Made by a program: the position numbers and the translations under genes
The notes under the pieces: model-generated
Seen by the model: only the letters and a program-made list of their open reading frames with translations
Told to the model about the DNA's origin: nothing
Database searches by the model: none
Source: Macrostomum hystrix
Lineage: Eukaryota > Animalia > Platyhelminthes
Assembly: GCA_950097015.1 (NCBI GenBank)
Contig: CATNEN010000038.1
Coordinates: 27,838,001-27,902,000 of the forward strand
Direction of reading: 5' to 3'
Length of the DNA stretch: 64,000 nucleotides
In this document: piece by piece, positions 60,601-64,000 of the stretch
Layout: each line of letters starts with the position of its first letter
Numbering within the stretch: position 1 is the first letter of the stretch

Positions 60601-63600
60601 ATAGCTAAACCAGAGTCTGAATCATGGCTAAACCAGAGTCTGAATCATGGCAAAACCAGAGTTTGAATCATGGCTAAACCAGAGTCTGAATCATGGCTAA
60701 ACCAGAGTCTGAATCATGGCTAAACCAGAGTCTGAATCATGGCTACACCAGAGTCTGAATCATGGCTAAACCAAAGTCTGAATCATTGCTACACCAGAGT
60801 CTGAATCATGGCTCATAGCTAAACCAGAGTCTGAATCATGGCTAAACCAGAGTCTGAATCATGGCTACACCAGAGTCTGAATCATGGCTAAACCAGAGTT
60901 TAAATCAAAGCTAAACAAGCGTCTGAATCATGGCAAAACCAGAGTTTCAATCATGGCTAAACCAGAGACTAAATCATGGCTACACCAGGGTTTGAATCAT
61001 GGCAAAACCAGAGTTTGAATCATGGCTAAACAAGAGTTTGAATCATGGCTAAACCAGAGTTTGAATCATGGCTAAACAAGCGTCTGAATCATGGCTAAAC
61101 CAGAGTCTGAATCATGGCTAAACCAGAGTCTGAATCATGGCTAAACCAGAGTCTGGATCATGGCTAAACCAGAGTCTGAATCATGGCTAAACCAGAGTCT
61201 GAATCATGGCTAAACCAGAGTCTGAATCATGGCTAAACCAGAGTCTGAATCATGGCTAAACCAGAGTCTGAATCATGGCTAAACCAGAGTCTGGATCATG
61301 GCTAAACCAGAGTCTGAATCATGGCTAAACCAGAGTCTGAATTATGGCTAAACCAGAGTCTGAATCATGGCTAAACCAGAGTCTGAATCATGGCTACACC
61401 AGAGTCTGAATCATGGCTACACCAGAGTCTGAATCATGGCTACACCAGAGTCTGAATCATGGCTACACCAGAGTCTGAATCATGGCTAAACCAGAGTTTG
61501 AATCATAGCTAAACCAGAGTCTGAATCATGACTAAACCAGAGTCTGAATCATTGCTACACCAGAGTCTGAATCATGGCTCATAGCTAAACCAGAGTCTGA
61601 ATCATGGCTACACCAGAGTCTGAATCATGGCTAAACCAGAGGTTAAATCAAAGCTAAACAAGCGTCTGAATCATGGCAAAACCAGAGTTTGAATCATAGC
61701 TAAACCAGAGTCTGAATCATGGCTAAACCAGAGTCTGAATCATGGCTAAACCAGAGTCTGAATCATGGCTAAACCAGAGTCTGAATCATGGCTAAACCAG
61801 AGTCTGAATCATGGCTAAACCAGAGTCTGAATCATGGCTACACCAGAGTCTGAATCATGGCTAAACCAAAGTCTGAATCATTGCTACACCAGAGTCTGAA
61901 TCATGGCTCATAGCTAAACCAGAGTCTGAATCATGGCTAAACCAGAGTCTGAATCATGGCTACACCAGAGTCTGAATCATGGCTAAACCAGAGTTTAAAT
62001 CAAAGCTAAACAAGCGTCTGAATCATGGCAAAACCAGAGTTTCAATCATGGCTAAACCAGAGACTAAATCATGGCTACACCAGGGTTTGAATCATGGCAA
62101 AACCAGAGTTTGAATCATGGCTAAACCAGCGTTTGAATCATGGCCAACCAGCGTCTGAATCATGGCTAAACCAGAGTTTGAATCATGGCAAAATCAGAGT
62201 TTGAATCATAGCTAAATCGGAACTGGGGGATAATCGTCAACTGTGGGATAATTGTAAACTGGGGAATCATCATCAAATGGGGGATCATGGTCAACTGGGG
62301 ATCATTGTCAAATGGGGATCATCATCATTTGGGAGTCATCATCAAATGGGGGATCATGGTCAACTGGGAGATCATTGTCAACTGGGTGATCATCATCAAC
62401 TGGGGGATCATTGTCAACTAGGGGGTAATGGCCAACTGGGGTAACATTGTCAACTGGGGATCATCATCAATGGGGGATCATAGTCAACTGGGAGATAATT
62501 GTCAACTGGGTGATCATCATCAACTGGGGGATCATTGTCAACTGGGTGATCATCTTCAACTGGTGGATCATCATTATCTGGGGGATCATTGTGAACTGGG
62601 GGATCATTGTCAACTGGGGGATCATTGTCAACTGTGGGATCATTGTAAACTGGGGGATCATTGTCAACTGGGGGATCATTGTCAACTGGGTGATCATCAT
62701 CAACTGGGGGATCATCATCATCTGGGGGATCATTGTGAACTAGGGGATCATTGTCAACTGGGGGATCATTGTCAACTGTGGGATCATTGTCAACTGGTTG
62801 ATCATCATCAACTGGGGGATCATTGTGAACTGGGGGATCATTGTCAACTGGGGGATCATTGTCAACTGTGGGATCATTGTAAACTGGGGGATCAATGTCA
62901 ACTGGGGGATCATTGTCAACTGGGTGATCATCATCAACTGGGGGATCATCATCATCTGGGGGATCATTGTGAACTAGGGGATCATTGTCAACTGGGGGAT
63001 CATTGTCAACTGTGGGATCATTGTCAACTGGTTGATCATCATCAACTGGGGGATCATTGTCAACTGGGGGATCGTTGTCAATTGGAGGTTCATTGTCAAC
63101 TGTGGGATCATTGTCAACTGTGGGATCATTGTCAACTGGGGGATCATTGTCAACTGGTTGATCATCAACTGGGGGATCATTGTCAACTGGGGGATCGTTG
63201 TCAATTGGAGGTTCATTGTCAACTGGGGGATCATTGTCAACTGTGGAATCATTGTCAACTGGGGGATCATTGTCAACTGGGGGATCATTGTCAACTGGGG
63301 AGTCATCATCAACTGGGGGATCCTTGTCAACTGGGGGTTCATTGTCAACTAGGGGATCATTGTCAACTGGGGGATCATTGTCAACTGGGTGATCATCATC
63401 AATTAGGAGATCATTGTCAACTGGGGAATCATTGTTGACTGGGGGATCATTGTCAACTGGGGGATCATTGTCAACTGGTTGATCATTGTCAACTGGGGGA
63501 TCATTGTAGCTTTAAAAAGCTGTAAATTCAGCTGCTAAAAAGTATATAATAGACGAAATAAAAATATTTCTGCTCCCCGAAGGGGGGCAAAACTTGCTAG
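57613..63600 (+). mobile_element. Non-autonomous Helitron copy 2, head-to-tail with copy 1
   Basis: Junction CTAG|TCC; ~590-bp unique head nearly identical to copy 1; arrays at ~58205-62215 (23 bp) and ~62220-63508 (18 bp); same hairpin plus CTAG|T terminus. Confidence 0.84.
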
Positions 63601-63921
63601 TAAAAGTCTATAATTGATGTTTCCATGCTTGTTAATTCTCATTTCTAGTTGAAATGCAAATCTCGCCCGTGAATGCAATAATGAAATGCAGTCTCAAAAA
63701 TGTACTCTATGCGCATATCGGTTAGACATTCCAAATTAGACAGAGCCAGTTAGCTCATAGTTGTGAGTCAAGGCTTGGTAATCTTATCTGGACTTCGAAG
63801 GCAATTCAGCCTTTAGCCAGACACACCTGGGACTCTATTTAAACCGCAGTTCGCTGCGCCACACCGCACTGTGGCTAAATAGAAGCAAAAAATATTATAA
63901 TCGAACACAGATCTGATCAGC

Positions 63922-64000
63922 ATGAGCAAACCCGTGGATCAGCAGCCACCTCCGGCATACGCTGGCCAGGATGGATCGACCACTTTCCCGTCCCAGCCGC
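63922..64000 (+). CDS. Probable fourth LITAF paralog (N-terminus, truncated by window end)
   Basis: cagcATG start, MSKPVDQQPPPAY resembles copy 1 MSKPNEQPPAY; the LITAF domain itself is not in the window. Confidence 0.65.
   Translation, partial: MSKPVDQQPPPAYAGQDGSTTFPSQP

Noticed and set aside
54900-63508. CRISPR-like regular repeats
   Set aside because: Units are contiguous with no unique spacers, no cas genes, and the context is eukaryotic.

Overview
Repeat-rich animal genomic DNA, not prokaryotic: GT-AG introns, CAG tracts, many minisatellite arrays, tRNA-derived SINEs. The style resembles the flatworm Macrostomum, but that is inference only. Genes supported by splice-phase-consistent exon chains: (1) a Shaw/Kv3-type K+ channel (+, ~5426-10844) with an altered S6 gate (TVP for PVP); (2) a 4-exon gene (-, 16692-12507) fusing about a dozen ankyrin repeats to a divergent Mab-21/cGAS-like (cGLR) nucleotidyltransferase fold; (3) head-to-head with it, a RING/B-box-like/coiled-coil/NHL (TRIM-NHL-like) gene (+, 18279-21367); (4) an RGS-domain gene (+, 28084-40429); (5) a tandem array of three complete intronless LITAF genes plus a probable fourth cut by the window end. 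Mobile DNA: two head-to-tail non-autonomous Helitrons carrying satellite arrays, a short related Helitron, a hAT MITE, three SINE types, an internally deleted Ingi/I-group LINE with a 2A-like motif, and a TSD-bounded SINE insertion carrying a foreign exon. Best candidate for an undescribed system: the ANK-cGLR / TRIM-NHL divergent pair near the LITAF array, a possible innate-immunity neighbourhood. Most long ORFs in the track are translations of tandem repeats.
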